The notes under the pieces are model-generated. The model saw only the letters and a program-made list of their open reading frames with translations, searched no databases and was not told the origin of the DNA. A stretch of 64,000 nt of DNA, taken from a virus (Duplodnaviria; Caudoviricetes). The DNA lies in IMG/VR virus record IMGVR_UViG_3300014205_000007, positions 1 to 64,000 of that record; one strand, given 5' to 3'. Shown here piece after piece: positions 45,943 through 55,599 of this stretch. Position numbers and translations under genes: made by a program. Every line of letters starts with the position of its first letter. Position 1 is the first letter of the stretch.

Positions 45943-46203
45943 CTATTGCAAAAGGATGAACGAAGTTCCATCCTCCATGAGAATGTAGCCAGAATTCTCC
46001 ATGAGGATGTAACCCGTTCTGCCTTCGCCCCAGACCAATTCGTAAAGGCCCCACATCAGAAAATCATTGAACCCGCCCCACACTAGCTCAAGCTGCGTTG
46101 TTCCCTCGGGTCCAATGATAAGCGACGCGGTTCCGATCTGCGTCTGGAACTGCAGTCCTTCGCCAAACGCGAGCCCCGTATCTGAGTCAATCAGCCCAGG
46201 CAT
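45943..46203 (-). CDS. Small acidic protein with ILME(N/D)(S)G repeats
   Basis: GYILMENSGYILMEDGTSFILLQ. Confidence 0.65.
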   Translation of the reverse strand: MPGLIDSDTGLAFGEGLQFQTQIGTASLIIGPEGTTQLELVWGGFNDFLMWGLYELVWGEGRTGYILMENSGYILMEDGTSFILLQ

Positions 46204-46215
46204 ACCTTTCGGCCC

Positions 46216-47217
46216 CTAGAGAAGGTATGATTGCCTGAAGACGGTTGAAACTGAGCCCGTCCCGCTATTGAGAGTTACCCGCGCATAGGCTGGTGTATAG
46301 GCGTAGTTTCCCTGCGCCGTCGCTATTGCCGCCACAAACGCCGCGTCTGGGTGATTGACCCATATCATAGAGGCGGGCGCCACGGCATCGGGATAGGACG
46401 CATTCGGGTCTTGGAGCGTTTGTGAAATGGTGTAACTCACGGTTCCGCTGACCGTTGCCTGAATAGCCACCTGCGCCATGGCGGCATAATCGTCAAATCT
46501 GACCCATGAGGAATCGGCTACCGTATTGGTCCCAACGATGACCGTTGTCGCCACCGCCCCGGAGGTCAGAACAGAGGTCACCGTCTGATAGGACAGCACA
46601 GAGGACGCCGCCGCCCCCGATGCCCCGGTAATCACCTCGCTGATGGGCGACCCGAACCAATCGGTTCCCGCCAACGTAAAGGTGATCCCCGTATCGTTTC
46701 CGCCCGATGTCACGATGACCCGTCGTGCCAGCCCGGACCCGACCGTCATCAAGGTGGCAATCCCGGCGCGTCCAACCGTCAGGGCGCCAGCGGCGGCCCC
46801 GGAAATAGCGATGGAGGAGATGGAATAGTAGGTTTTCTGGCTCGCTACCGTCGATGCGTTTGGCCCCGTCAAAGTCTCGGTTTGAGAGGACAGTCCGGAT
46901 ACCGATTGGTATAATCCAGTGATGGTAAAGGTGCGGTTGGAAATATCCGAACCGGACGTGATATAGATGCGGTTGTTGGCGCCGAGGTAGGCAACGGCGC
47001 TCCCGGTCGGAACGGCCGAGCAGATCGCCCCGTTCAACACAAGGTTAGCTGCACCAGAGGGGGTTTGCGAAAGACAGACGTTGTTGGCTGTGGTGCCGTT
47101 GGTCAGGGCACCTTGAAGAACGAGGTATTGTGCTCCCGCCGCCTTTTGCGAGGTTGAAATCCCGTCGTCATCGGCGGAAGCCAATGGCCCGACATTCACC
47201 GTCACCGGCCGCCCCAT
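46216..47217 (-). CDS. Structural protein with an internal domain duplication (head fibre/decoration)
   Basis: ITSG.D....TFTI.G.....ET.TG repeated twice; C-terminal beta domain. Confidence 0.7.
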   Translation of the reverse strand: MGRPVTVNVGPLASADDDGISTSQKAAGAQYLVLQGALTNGTTANNVCLSQTPSGAANLVLNGAICSAVPTGSAVAYLGANNRIYITSGSDISNRTFTITGLYQSVSGLSSQTETLTGPNASTVASQKTYYSISSIAISGAAAGALTVGRAGIATLMTVGSGLARRVIVTSGGNDTGITFTLAGTDWFGSPISEVITGASGAAASSVLSYQTVTSVLTSGAVATTVIVGTNTVADSSWVRFDDYAAMAQVAIQATVSGTVSYTISQTLQDPNASYPDAVAPASMIWVNHPDAAFVAAIATAQGNYAYTPAYARVTLNSGTGSVSTVFRQSYLL

Positions 47218-47297
47218 AACAAAACCTCATTTCAATTGCAGATTGGTTGGGACGCAGAACCGTGACGAAGACTTGAACGTCTATAGCTTTGGAACGC

Positions 47298-48287
47298 TTA
47301 TTTCTTATGGAACCCCTTCAAGGTTTCAGCCAGCATGGCCCGCTTGCGCATTTTAGGGTTATCCGAATGCTCGGCTTTCTCCAGCTTCTTTTCTGGAATC
47401 TTTTCTCCCTTCGGAACTCCCAAGGCTTTGTGGAGAGCCCCCTTGTTCTGGGTTGCCCCCGCGATCCAATTTCCCGCCTTTCCGCCTTTGGCGAATTTCT
47501 CACCCGAGGGGCGTTCCGTGGCATCGCCCTTCTTCCAGTCGCGCTGCATCACGGAGCCTCCGGAGGCGCGCTCAGGCTTGCCGGGAAGGCCCGTTTTTTC
47601 CCATTTGTCCGCAGATTCGTCCATGCGTCTGGCTTTTGCCAACCCACCCAGGATGTTAGCTCCACCCAAGGCCGAAGATGTGCCCAAAAGGCCGCGTGCA
47701 ATCTTCCCAATTCCAGGCGAAACCATAAGCGCGCCCGTCCCTGCGGCTCCGAGGGCCGCGTTGCCAACGTCGCGGCGGGCATCTTTTGCCTTCCCACGCA
47801 GATATTCAGGCACGGGATCGCTCGACTTCTTATCGACCTTCCCACCGTCCGCGCGGCACACCGAGCCGCCTTTCTTGAAATCCTTCCCATCGGCCCGCTT
47901 GGTGGCGTCTCCCGTGGTCCACCCACCCCTGCCTTCGCCACGGTTCGTAGGAACCGCCCCACCAGAGGCGTACTTATCCGACCCATCCCGTTTGGGCATG
48001 CCCTGCTTGACCCGTTCCGTGGCCTTGGGCATATCCGACGTGGGATTTCCGGTCAGCTCCTTGACGGGGTTGGGGCCGATGGCTTTACCCGTCATTTTCC
48101 GGTTGGGGCGGTCAAGGCGCATCTTCGCCATGCCGCCCTCAACCTTACCCCCAGAGGCCCGGCACATTCCACCCGCCTTCAACACATGCGGGTTGGAATG
48201 GTTGCCTGTTTTCACCCCATGGATGGACTTGTTCCCAGGCCCCTCTGAGAGGTACTTGGACATATAGGACTTCATCGGCGTTTTCAT
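47298..48287 (-). CDS. Basic internal head protein with multiple AxGG motifs
   Basis: K/G-rich; C-terminal WIAGA..KGALHKALGVP.GEKIP..KL module. Confidence 0.75.
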   Translation of the reverse strand: MKTPMKSYMSKYLSEGPGNKSIHGVKTGNHSNPHVLKAGGMCRASGGKVEGGMAKMRLDRPNRKMTGKAIGPNPVKELTGNPTSDMPKATERVKQGMPKRDGSDKYASGGAVPTNRGEGRGGWTTGDATKRADGKDFKKGGSVCRADGGKVDKKSSDPVPEYLRGKAKDARRDVGNAALGAAGTGALMVSPGIGKIARGLLGTSSALGGANILGGLAKARRMDESADKWEKTGLPGKPERASGGSVMQRDWKKGDATERPSGEKFAKGGKAGNWIAGATQNKGALHKALGVPKGEKIPEKKLEKAEHSDNPKMRKRAMLAETLKGFHKK

Positions 48288-48334
48288 GGGGTATCCTACG
48301 GATAAATTGCGATTGGGCCGCGCGCCCCTTATTG

Positions 48335-49372
48335 TTACGATGGATTGACGGCCACGCCGGTCGTGTTGGCGGATGGCGCCCCGCCGTCAACGTACATCTG
48401 CGCCAAGCTCGTGGCATCGGTGCCAAAATCCGTAATACCCACCATGGTATTATCCTTCATCAATAGGAGTCCACCCGAAGACGCCGCCAGCGTTGCAAGA
48501 CCGCTCATCTGCGTGGACGTGGATTTGATATTGTTGATAAAGGTGCAGCGATCAAACTTCTGCCACCGATCCATAGAGGCCGAGGCGGAGGTGATAATTC
48601 CGAGCGGCGTCGATGCTGATGTCTGGAACGGGAAGTTACACTCGATGAACGTATTGCGGGGCGTGCCGGCGGCAAATTCGAGCGAAGCGTTTGCCGCCGA
48701 GCGCGCGACGGTGTCAAGCCCAACGTTGCAGCCGACAAAGGTATTCTCACCCGTAGTTCCAGTAATAAGCAACGAACGCGACCCAGCATCGGCAGCCGAC
48801 GCCGCGTCGGCCATGCCGCCAAAATCGACATTCGAGTAGAAGTTGCGGCCAGCAGAATCTGTCCAGCAAATCTGGTTCGTTCCACCCGTCGAGAACCCGT
48901 TGAATAGCGAGAAATTTGCAAACAGGCATCCCGAGGCTGTCACCGTTACGAAGTTCCCAGAGCCAAACGTGGCTTGGGTATAAGTTCCAGTCGGCGGGGC
49001 AATGCGCGCCCGCTGGGAAACCATCGTCGGCGCTGTTTCGCCGATGAGATGGCAGGCATTCTTGGACCAGACCAATGTGCCTGCCGTAACCGTTGAATCA
49101 ATCGTCTGGGCCAGCGCTGTAGACAACCGCGCCGATCCCGAAGAGGCACCATTGCCGACAAGCACGCAAACATCGTTGTTTCCTGCCGTCATTTTGGCGT
49201 GCGCACGGTAAAGGGTAGCGAAAGCCGACTGAGGGCTCGTGCCATCGTTTCCATCAGAGCCGGAAGCGGGGTTCACCCAGTACCAGTTTCCAGTGAGGGG
49301 GATTCCGCCGAGACCACCCACGAGCGGGACCCCCCAAGATGAAACGCCATTCGGAAAGTTTGTAATTGGCAT
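48335..49372 (-). CDS. Head fibre/decoration protein (beta-helix-like)
   Basis: MPITNFPNGVSSWG; WVNPASGSDGNDGTSPQSAFATL; follows the capsid gene. Confidence 0.7.
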   Translation of the reverse strand: MPITNFPNGVSSWGVPLVGGLGGIPLTGNWYWVNPASGSDGNDGTSPQSAFATLYRAHAKMTAGNNDVCVLVGNGASSGSARLSTALAQTIDSTVTAGTLVWSKNACHLIGETAPTMVSQRARIAPPTGTYTQATFGSGNFVTVTASGCLFANFSLFNGFSTGGTNQICWTDSAGRNFYSNVDFGGMADAASAADAGSRSLLITGTTGENTFVGCNVGLDTVARSAANASLEFAAGTPRNTFIECNFPFQTSASTPLGIITSASASMDRWQKFDRCTFINNIKSTSTQMSGLATLAASSGGLLLMKDNTMVGITDFGTDATSLAQMYVDGGAPSANTTGVAVNPS

Positions 49373-49457
49373 AGCCGTTTTGTCCTGTGCCAGTGTTTCA
49401 AATTAGGTAGTGCCGACGCAGGACAAAACGGCTGGTGAGGTGTTGTTACAGATTCTC

Positions 49458-50555
49458 CTACTCAGGGGAATCGCTCATCCCTTGATGCTTGCGAAGATAG
49501 TCCGCCGCGCGACGCATCAGTTCTGGATCATCGCGCAATTTACCGATGCCACGATTACAGGCACCGCAGAGAAGCTGGCGAACCTTGCCAGTCCGATGGT
49601 CGTGATCAACGGATAGCCACCGCAGTTTTCCGTTCTTCATTTCAGTCTCAGGACTGCGGCAGATGGCACACTTACCATCTTGTTCGGCATGCATGCGGTC
49701 ATAATCCGCCAATGTAATCCCAAACGCTCTCAATAGCGCACCATTGCGCTCGACCTCCGGGAAGGCAATCCGCCGCGCGCGGTCGTAAGCCCTTTTACCC
49801 TCTGCGCTAGTGGCCGCGCCGAGAGTGCGGTGCATGGTCTCTTCCCACGCCCAGTTCCCTGGCCCGATAGGAAGCTCGACGTTAATGGGGACCAACCTCG
49901 TATTAAGCCGGAACCCAGAACGCTCGATGTCCCTCTCGAAATCCTCCAAAGAGGCCCACCCGACATGCCCCAGCGCCCGCGCAACCGTCCCCGCCCAAAG
50001 GCGCCGCACATTAGATGAGACGCGGTAAGTCTCTCTGCGTTGCGGCGCGTCAGGGTTGTCCTGCGGCAGAGCGGCGTAGTGTTTGCGGGCTTTGTTGCAC
50101 GCCTCAATCGCTTCAGCCTTAGTGCGGAAGCGCCCAACGGCAATCTGCTTGTAGTTCACAGTTATCTTGGCGAACCACTTCTTTTTGGTCTTGTCCCAAG
50201 ACACGCCAGCGCCGCGATTGCCCTTGTAATGTTTACGTGTCGTTTCCGCTGGCGTGAGCAGCTTCAGGTTGGCAAAGCGCAGATCAAGGTAATCCCCGTT
50301 CTTCGGAGATATGTTGTGCTTCGGCCATTCGCCGTTGACATAGAACCAAGCCAAGCGGTGAGCCAAATAAAGGCGATCATCTACCTTGATGTACTTCCGA
50401 CCATTCGCCGCAACCGATCCAGGATCGCGTGCGAACGATGCTGGCCGCGCAGTCTCACGATCCTTCCAAGCGAAGGCGCCAGCTGATGGACTGTAATCCA
50501 GCAGCTCTTTCAGGCGTTGATGTGAAACTGCGTTTTCCACGTTCTTCCTAGTCAT
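49458..50555 (-). CDS. Homing endonuclease: degenerate HNH + AP2 + endonuclease VII domain
   Basis: RLKELLDY, YLAHRLAWFYVNGEWP, GVSWDK..WFAKI, QDGKCAIC..LSVDHDHRTGKVRQLLCGACNRGIG. Confidence 0.9.
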   Translation of the reverse strand: MTRKNVENAVSHQRLKELLDYSPSAGAFAWKDRETARPASFARDPGSVAANGRKYIKVDDRLYLAHRLAWFYVNGEWPKHNISPKNGDYLDLRFANLKLLTPAETTRKHYKGNRGAGVSWDKTKKKWFAKITVNYKQIAVGRFRTKAEAIEACNKARKHYAALPQDNPDAPQRRETYRVSSNVRRLWAGTVARALGHVGWASLEDFERDIERSGFRLNTRLVPINVELPIGPGNWAWEETMHRTLGAATSAEGKRAYDRARRIAFPEVERNGALLRAFGITLADYDRMHAEQDGKCAICRSPETEMKNGKLRWLSVDHDHRTGKVRQLLCGACNRGIGKLRDDPELMRRAADYLRKHQGMSDSPE

Positions 50556-50625
50556 CCGTAAATCTCCAATTGATGCCAATTCCTCTATTGTAGAGGCGCC
50601 GATTGGAGATGTCCAGTGCATTTAG

Positions 50626-50675
50626 GGCTATGAGCGTTACACGTTTAGAACTTAAGTCACATAACGCTCATAGCC
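50626..50675. repeat. Perfect 14-bp inverted repeat downstream of the capsid gene
   Basis: ggctatgagcgtta (50626-50639) / taacgctcatagcc (50662-50675). Confidence 0.85.
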
Positions 50676-50692
50676 GAATTTATACTTATTTA

Positions 50693-51604
50693 TCAAGACG
50701 CTGGCGTTGACGCCCAGATGCACCTTGGATCGTTGTACGTACTGATGTAGCGCTCGTACCCCTTAATCAGCACGTTGTCCGTGTGGTTGTCCACCCACAT
50801 ATCCGTCTCGAACGGAATGCGCTCCATCATCACGAGGCCATCGATGTTGGTCTTGATGAACCAGGCATAGGGTGAGGTCAGGTAGTCGTTGATCGTGTAT
50901 TCGCGGATACCGGCCGGCATTGACAGGACCGCGTTGACGGTGTTGTTTGCCGTATCGGGCTGCAATTCCGTCTTCATTAGACGTTCTGCAACTGCGGTGA
51001 GCTGTACCGGGACAACCAGCTTCTGAGCCCTGGCATTGATCTTGAGGCCGGCTTCATCCACGAACTGCGCGCGAATGTTCTGGCATGCCTGGATCAGGGC
51101 CGTTTCCGTCAGATCGAGCTGAACGGAGAAGGTATTGGCCCAAGTACCCCCATCATATGGATGCGCAGTGGACGAAAGAGGCACCGCATCACCGCCGACC
51201 GTCGGATCGTAGGTAGCACAGTTGTTGAGGACGTTGGCCGACTGGATTTCCTTGAACTGATTGAATGAGTTTGCCAAGGGGAGCTTCATAAGATTGAAGT
51301 CCTTGACGTACTGGTTGTCGTCCAGCGATTCACGGGTGATCGAGTACCCCAATCCAACCTGGAAGGGCTGGGCATTGTAGATGTAGCGCTGGCCCGAGTT
51401 GTTATCGAATGCCGTGGCGCCGCCTTCCGTCTTGAGCTGGGCCAATCCAAGAATACGCATCTGCGCCTTGGATTCAACTCGCAGCGTTGCCTTATGGACG
51501 GTAAAGAGGTCGCTCCACTCCTTGGGAAGCTGCTGGTATTCGCCAGCAACGTCGTAAAGGCCCGGCAGGAGCAAGGACTTGATTTGTGCGGTATTAACAG
51601 CCAT
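50693..51604 (-). CDS. Major capsid protein
   Basis: IKSLLLPGL, GLAQLKTEG, GYSITRE.LDDNQY, LSSTAHP, NDYLTSPYAWFIKT, KGYERY..DPR. Confidence 0.88.
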   Translation of the reverse strand: MAVNTAQIKSLLLPGLYDVAGEYQQLPKEWSDLFTVHKATLRVESKAQMRILGLAQLKTEGGATAFDNNSGQRYIYNAQPFQVGLGYSITRESLDDNQYVKDFNLMKLPLANSFNQFKEIQSANVLNNCATYDPTVGGDAVPLSSTAHPYDGGTWANTFSVQLDLTETALIQACQNIRAQFVDEAGLKINARAQKLVVPVQLTAVAERLMKTELQPDTANNTVNAVLSMPAGIREYTINDYLTSPYAWFIKTNIDGLVMMERIPFETDMWVDNHTDNVLIKGYERYISTYNDPRCIWASTPAS

Positions 51605-51665
51605 TGGATGTTATCCTTGGATAGCGGGGTCTATGCGGACCCAGGTTGAGAGAAAGGGTTTCCGC

Positions 51666-52301
51666 TTAGGTGCCCAGCGAGCCAGTGCCAGAGAGGTTCG
51701 GCTGCACGAGAACCCAGTTGTAGGCGCCCGTTGCCGATCCAGAGTAGGGACCGTTGGTGCCCGGCTGAATGCCCAGTGCCCCACCTGCACCCGGAAGACC
51801 GCCGTAAAGGCCGATGATCCGGAACGGCAGCGTGGCGGTGTTGGCGACACCCGAGAGATAGGCCCCAGACTGGCCGGTCTGCACGTTACCCGTGCCGATG
51901 GTGATTTCTGCGTTGAGGCCGATGTCGGTGAAGGCCACACCAGTGCCATCCGACTGGACGAGGAATACCGATCCGGGGGTGACGGGGATGATCTTGGCCA
52001 CGATGGTGCTCTGCGCCGTCGAAGCGACATCGGCACCCGGCCAGAAGTTCGAGGAGGTCATCTTGCCCTGTGCGGTGGAGAGATACTCCACCCCATCGAA
52101 GATGCCTGCCAGCTTGGCGATGCCGTCGGCGGCGGCCCACTGGGCAATATAGCCGGTATCGAGAACCTTGATGGGGTCGCCGGTAAAGATTTTGGTGGTG
52201 TCGTTGTAGGCGATGTTCTTCGGGATCATCTGGAAATTGGACGGCGCCCCGACGGCAGAAGTCTGCTGGCGGAGGCCGAAGGGAGCATTGATGTTTGCCA
52301 T
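51666..52301 (-). CDS. Minor capsid/decoration protein
   Basis: MANINAPFGL, IFTGDPI, TGQSGAYL; immediately upstream of the major capsid gene. Confidence 0.75.
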   Translation of the reverse strand: MANINAPFGLRQQTSAVGAPSNFQMIPKNIAYNDTTKIFTGDPIKVLDTGYIAQWAAADGIAKLAGIFDGVEYLSTAQGKMTSSNFWPGADVASTAQSTIVAKIIPVTPGSVFLVQSDGTGVAFTDIGLNAEITIGTGNVQTGQSGAYLSGVANTATLPFRIIGLYGGLPGAGGALGIQPGTNGPYSGSATGAYNWVLVQPNLSGTGSLGT

Positions 52302-52304
52302 GGA

Positions 52305-52560
52305 TGGGGCGCCCAAGTTTGCCTTGGCTTGCCCTTTGGCCCGATGCGCGAGCTGTCAAGGATTCCTTGACAGTTGGACAGCGCAAGACAGACGTGGGGA
52401 GCGAAGCCAAATGAATTGACCTGTCGGCGCACCACGCCTACGATAAAGGTGATGCCGACGCTCGCTCCCCTCTTTCGACTCAACCGCCCCTGGCGGTGGG
52501 AGAGTAAATTCCCGATCACATCGCGTGATGGGTACGCCTCAAGAACTGCGTGTGAATTGA
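52305..52560 (-). promoter_or_regulatory. Highly structured leader upstream of the capsid genes
   Basis: At least five stems, including ctgtcaagg/ccttgacag, ggggagcga/tcgctcccc, gtcggc/gccgac, ccgcc/ggcgg. Confidence 0.55.
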
Positions 52561-52636
52561 GTTAATGCCGATTGCCCAGTGATTCGTCAACAGGTATGAT
52601 TGGGCTCAAGGGGCATTCAGAGTACAGGAAGGCAGA

Positions 52637-53071
52637 ATGAATTGTGACTACGCCGACATCCGCAGCCGCATTCCCGAGCCGCCGAAGTGGTTCGATGAGC
52701 ACGGCGTGCCCCGGTATTGCGACTTTGCTCCAGGAGAGCAAGCAAATATCTATGCCGACGAGGTTGTGCTAGCGCTGGTCACTTGTCAGGGATGTGGTCA
52801 CGAGTTTTCAGTCTGTTTTTCGCACACCATGAGCTTTGCAGTCGCCGAGGCGATCCGAGACGGCAACGACCCCCATGGTGTCAAATCACTGGCGGACCTT
52901 ATTCGCTTGCGGGAGCTGCATTATGGGGACCCACCAAATATCCAGTGCTGCCCATCTGGACCGACCATGAACAGTGAGCTACGCCGAGTCATTGAGTACT
53001 GGCAATTAGGAGGCGATGACAAGCGTCGCCTGACGGCATTAGAAGTAGACATCAGCCCAGATTGGGTATGA
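52637..53071 (+). CDS. Hypothetical protein (moron)
   Basis: WFDEHGVPRY, CQGCG, LHYGDPP. Confidence 0.7.
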   Translation: MNCDYADIRSRIPEPPKWFDEHGVPRYCDFAPGEQANIYADEVVLALVTCQGCGHEFSVCFSHTMSFAVAEAIRDGNDPHGVKSLADLIRLRELHYGDPPNIQCCPSGPTMNSELRRVIEYWQLGGDDKRRLTALEVDISPDWV

Positions 53072-53125
53072 TAGTTCCTTTATCACGCTGACACCTGTGG
53101 ACCGGCAACTTTGGAGAAAATCACC

Positions 53126-53455
53126 ATGTCGGAGGAGCAAGGGCTACGAGAAAAGCTGCGGGAAGCTTTCCAGAGGAAGCGATATGGTGCTGGCGATTCC
53201 TACGACCCAGACTTTGACCTATTCGATGTTGCCGCAGATGCGCTTTGCGAGCAATGGCGGCCCATAGAGACGGCTCCGAAAGACGGAACATGGGTTCTAG
53301 TTTGGGACATACAAAGCGAATACCAGGACCCGAAGTGGGAATCTAATCCTCATATAGCAGCGTGGCGTGATGGCCGTTTCCGCATCCAAGTCGACGGCCA
53401 GTCAACGTACCCAACTCACTGGATGTCGCTTCCATTCCCACCTTCAGCCGGGTGA
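53126..53455 (+). CDS. DUF551-like protein
   Basis: WRPIETAPKDGT..PTHWMSLP. Confidence 0.8.
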   Translation: MSEEQGLREKLREAFQRKRYGAGDSYDPDFDLFDVAADALCEQWRPIETAPKDGTWVLVWDIQSEYQDPKWESNPHIAAWRDGRFRIQVDGQSTYPTHWMSLPFPPSAG

Positions 53456-53513
53456 CCGCACCGGAGCCCCAACGGTAGCTTGAACCAAATCTAGTCTATT
53501 TCAGCTATCGGCT

Positions 53514-53747
53514 TTGCCGATGAAAGGAAGGAAGATGGATCGCGTCGGTTGGGCGTTTCACTGGAACGGCGGCAAGTTCATTGTGCACACACCGCAATGG
53601 TCGTTCAAGCTTCGCGGACCTAGCCACGGCGGAGACTACAGCGAGCACTATGTTTCGAGCACGCGAACAGTGCAGTTCGGCAGACGGTGGCCATGCTGGA
53701 GGCTGGTGATAGTTAATCGCGCACCGCAACCAGTCTCGATAGAGTGA
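53514..53747 (+). CDS. Hypothetical protein
   Basis: Purine-rich RBS; ORF only. Confidence 0.45.
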   Translation: MPMKGRKMDRVGWAFHWNGGKFIVHTPQWSFKLRGPSHGGDYSEHYVSSTRTVQFGRRWPCWRLVIVNRAPQPVSIE

Positions 53748-53984
53748 GGACCCGATGATTTCGACGGCAATCCGTACAGGCAGAGACCACGCGACAGTTA
53801 ATCCAAAAACTCAAGAAATAGTGCGTGGGTATTTCTAGCCCCCACGCAGGCCGAGACAGCCAGACGTTGCAGACGGGAGGTCTGCTTAAATGATTGTAGT
53901 GGAGATTCGCACCCCCGTAAAACAGTAAAGGCGCCCAGTTGGATGAGCGCCCCTACTTTTCAAGGTGTTATTCCTGGCGGGAAT

Positions 53985-54314
53985 TTACACCCGGAACTGG
54001 TCAATGCTTGCGCCCTTGGAAAGCTTCGCCGCCATCCAATTCGGCTTGCGGCCCCGCCCGGTCCAGGTCTGGGTAAAGTCATCTGGATTGCGGTACTTGG
54101 CCTGCATGGTGGACTTGTATCCGCGCCCGGACGCGATCTTCTTGCCGAAGACATCTTCCAGATTGAAGCCCTTGCGTTTGGCAACCTCGGCCAGCTCGGC
54201 GCGCACTTCCTTGACTTCCGTGGTCTTGCGGAACCTAATGGCTTCGACTAGATCTTCCTCAAGCTTGAGGAGTTCCTTCAGACGCATGTTGTTGAGTTCA
54301 CGACTTGAGTACAT
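53985..54314 (-). CDS. hns: H-NS family nucleoid-associated protein
   Basis: Coiled N-terminus and KYRNPD..TWTGRGRKPNW DNA-binding motif. Confidence 0.92.
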   Translation of the reverse strand: MYSSRELNNMRLKELLKLEEDLVEAIRFRKTTEVKEVRAELAEVAKRKGFNLEDVFGKKIASGRGYKSTMQAKYRNPDDFTQTWTGRGRKPNWMAAKLSKGASIDQFRV

Positions 54315-54418
54315 TGCAGCTCACCTGTTTGACTGGATACTTTTGCGACACACCGCGAGTACGCCTACCCGATAAGGATGGAATATTACTATGGACAATG
54401 GCAATTTCAAGGTGGGTG

Positions 54419-54634
54419 TTAGGGTTGACGGCTCGGGCTATCGAGCCCTTCGCCTATCTCCGCCCTTTCGGGCTCCGATAGAGGCTTCGCCTCTGAGTAG
54501 CGCCCCGTGAACTTCCTCTTCACCCCATTTTCGGAGACCAGATATATGTCCCCGTGAACCTTGTGGTCATAGGGCTCTAAGGTGCCGTCTGCCTTGCGGA
54601 CAAACAACTTCTGGCCGCGATACGGAACACCCAT
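54419..54634 (-). CDS. Hypothetical protein
   Basis: GAGGGG RBS. Confidence 0.55.
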   Translation of the reverse strand: MGVPYRGQKLFVRKADGTLEPYDHKVHGDIYLVSENGVKRKFTGRYSEAKPLSEPERAEIGEGLDSPSRQP

Positions 54635-54641
54635 TTACCCC

Positions 54642-54911
54642 TCACTCATTGTCTGCGCTACGGGCACTCGGCGCCGAGTTAAGAATATCCCAGATGCCGG
54701 TCAACTTAATGAGTTGCATGTAATTTGGGTCTTGTTCGGCCCGGCGCTTCACTGACCCACGGAACTCGGCGTCTTCGAGGCATCGCCGCTTAACGAACTC
54801 CACGCCTTCGTCCGTCACGAAAAGATTCACCTTACGATCGGGTTCGCACACCACAGATTCTTTTTTGATCTTCGCAAGAGCGTCTAGGAGGGTTTCCTCG
54901 TTCATGTCCAA
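54642..54911 (-). CDS. Hypothetical protein
   Basis: GAGGT RBS. Confidence 0.55.
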   Translation of the reverse strand: MDMNEETLLDALAKIKKESVVCEPDRKVNLFVTDEGVEFVKRRCLEDAEFRGSVKRRAEQDPNYMQLIKLTGIWDILNSAPSARSADNE

Positions 54912-55599
54912 TGTATTACCTCACTCAGCCGCTCTTGCGGCTATCGAGCCATCTTGCGAGATAGGCGAAGCACCCGTGGTGCGAGCCGTCACTCATTGAT
55001 AGAAAAAGCTGTAAACGGCCATAAACGCACAGAAAACAAGCAACACCTTGCCGGGCCACCACATTGAGCGCCAAAGGTCTGCTGCAAATTGCAATCTTGT
55101 CATGAGCCTACTCCATAAACGATCCGGCGACGGGTACAGCCAGCCACCTAGCCGCCCGCCGCCGCCCAGGGTTCTCTCCGCATTATGAAGGCGCTGCAGG
55201 AACCCCAAACCCCGCCCACCTTTTCGGTCGCCATTGAGGCGAATTAGATGCGCAATCCACGGCGCCGTAGGTATGCGTTGCCCTGAGAAGTCTACCAAAT
55301 CGGCGCCAAGCCTACAGTCGCCATCCTCTCAGACCGTGAAATGGTATTAGCGTCGGCGCCTCAGTGGTTCCCGTCTGGCCAATGGATGGGGTGAAGATGT
55401 CCCACCCACTAGCTCTCCCTGTGGGACGCAGGCACGACTAGCCGTTAAGTGACGGGCTGCGACGCTAATTTCTTCTACTGTTCCGTCACCACTATAGCGA
55501 CATGCGGCCTCAATGCCAAGACCACCGCAACGGTCAATACCGAAACAGCAGACAGGACAAGGAATGCCATGGTGGCACAGAGGATGGGACTAAGGCGCA

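Noticed and set aside
55342-55469. Canonical tRNA gene
   Set aside because: Too long, with no D/T-loop consensus; kept only as a tRNA-like finding
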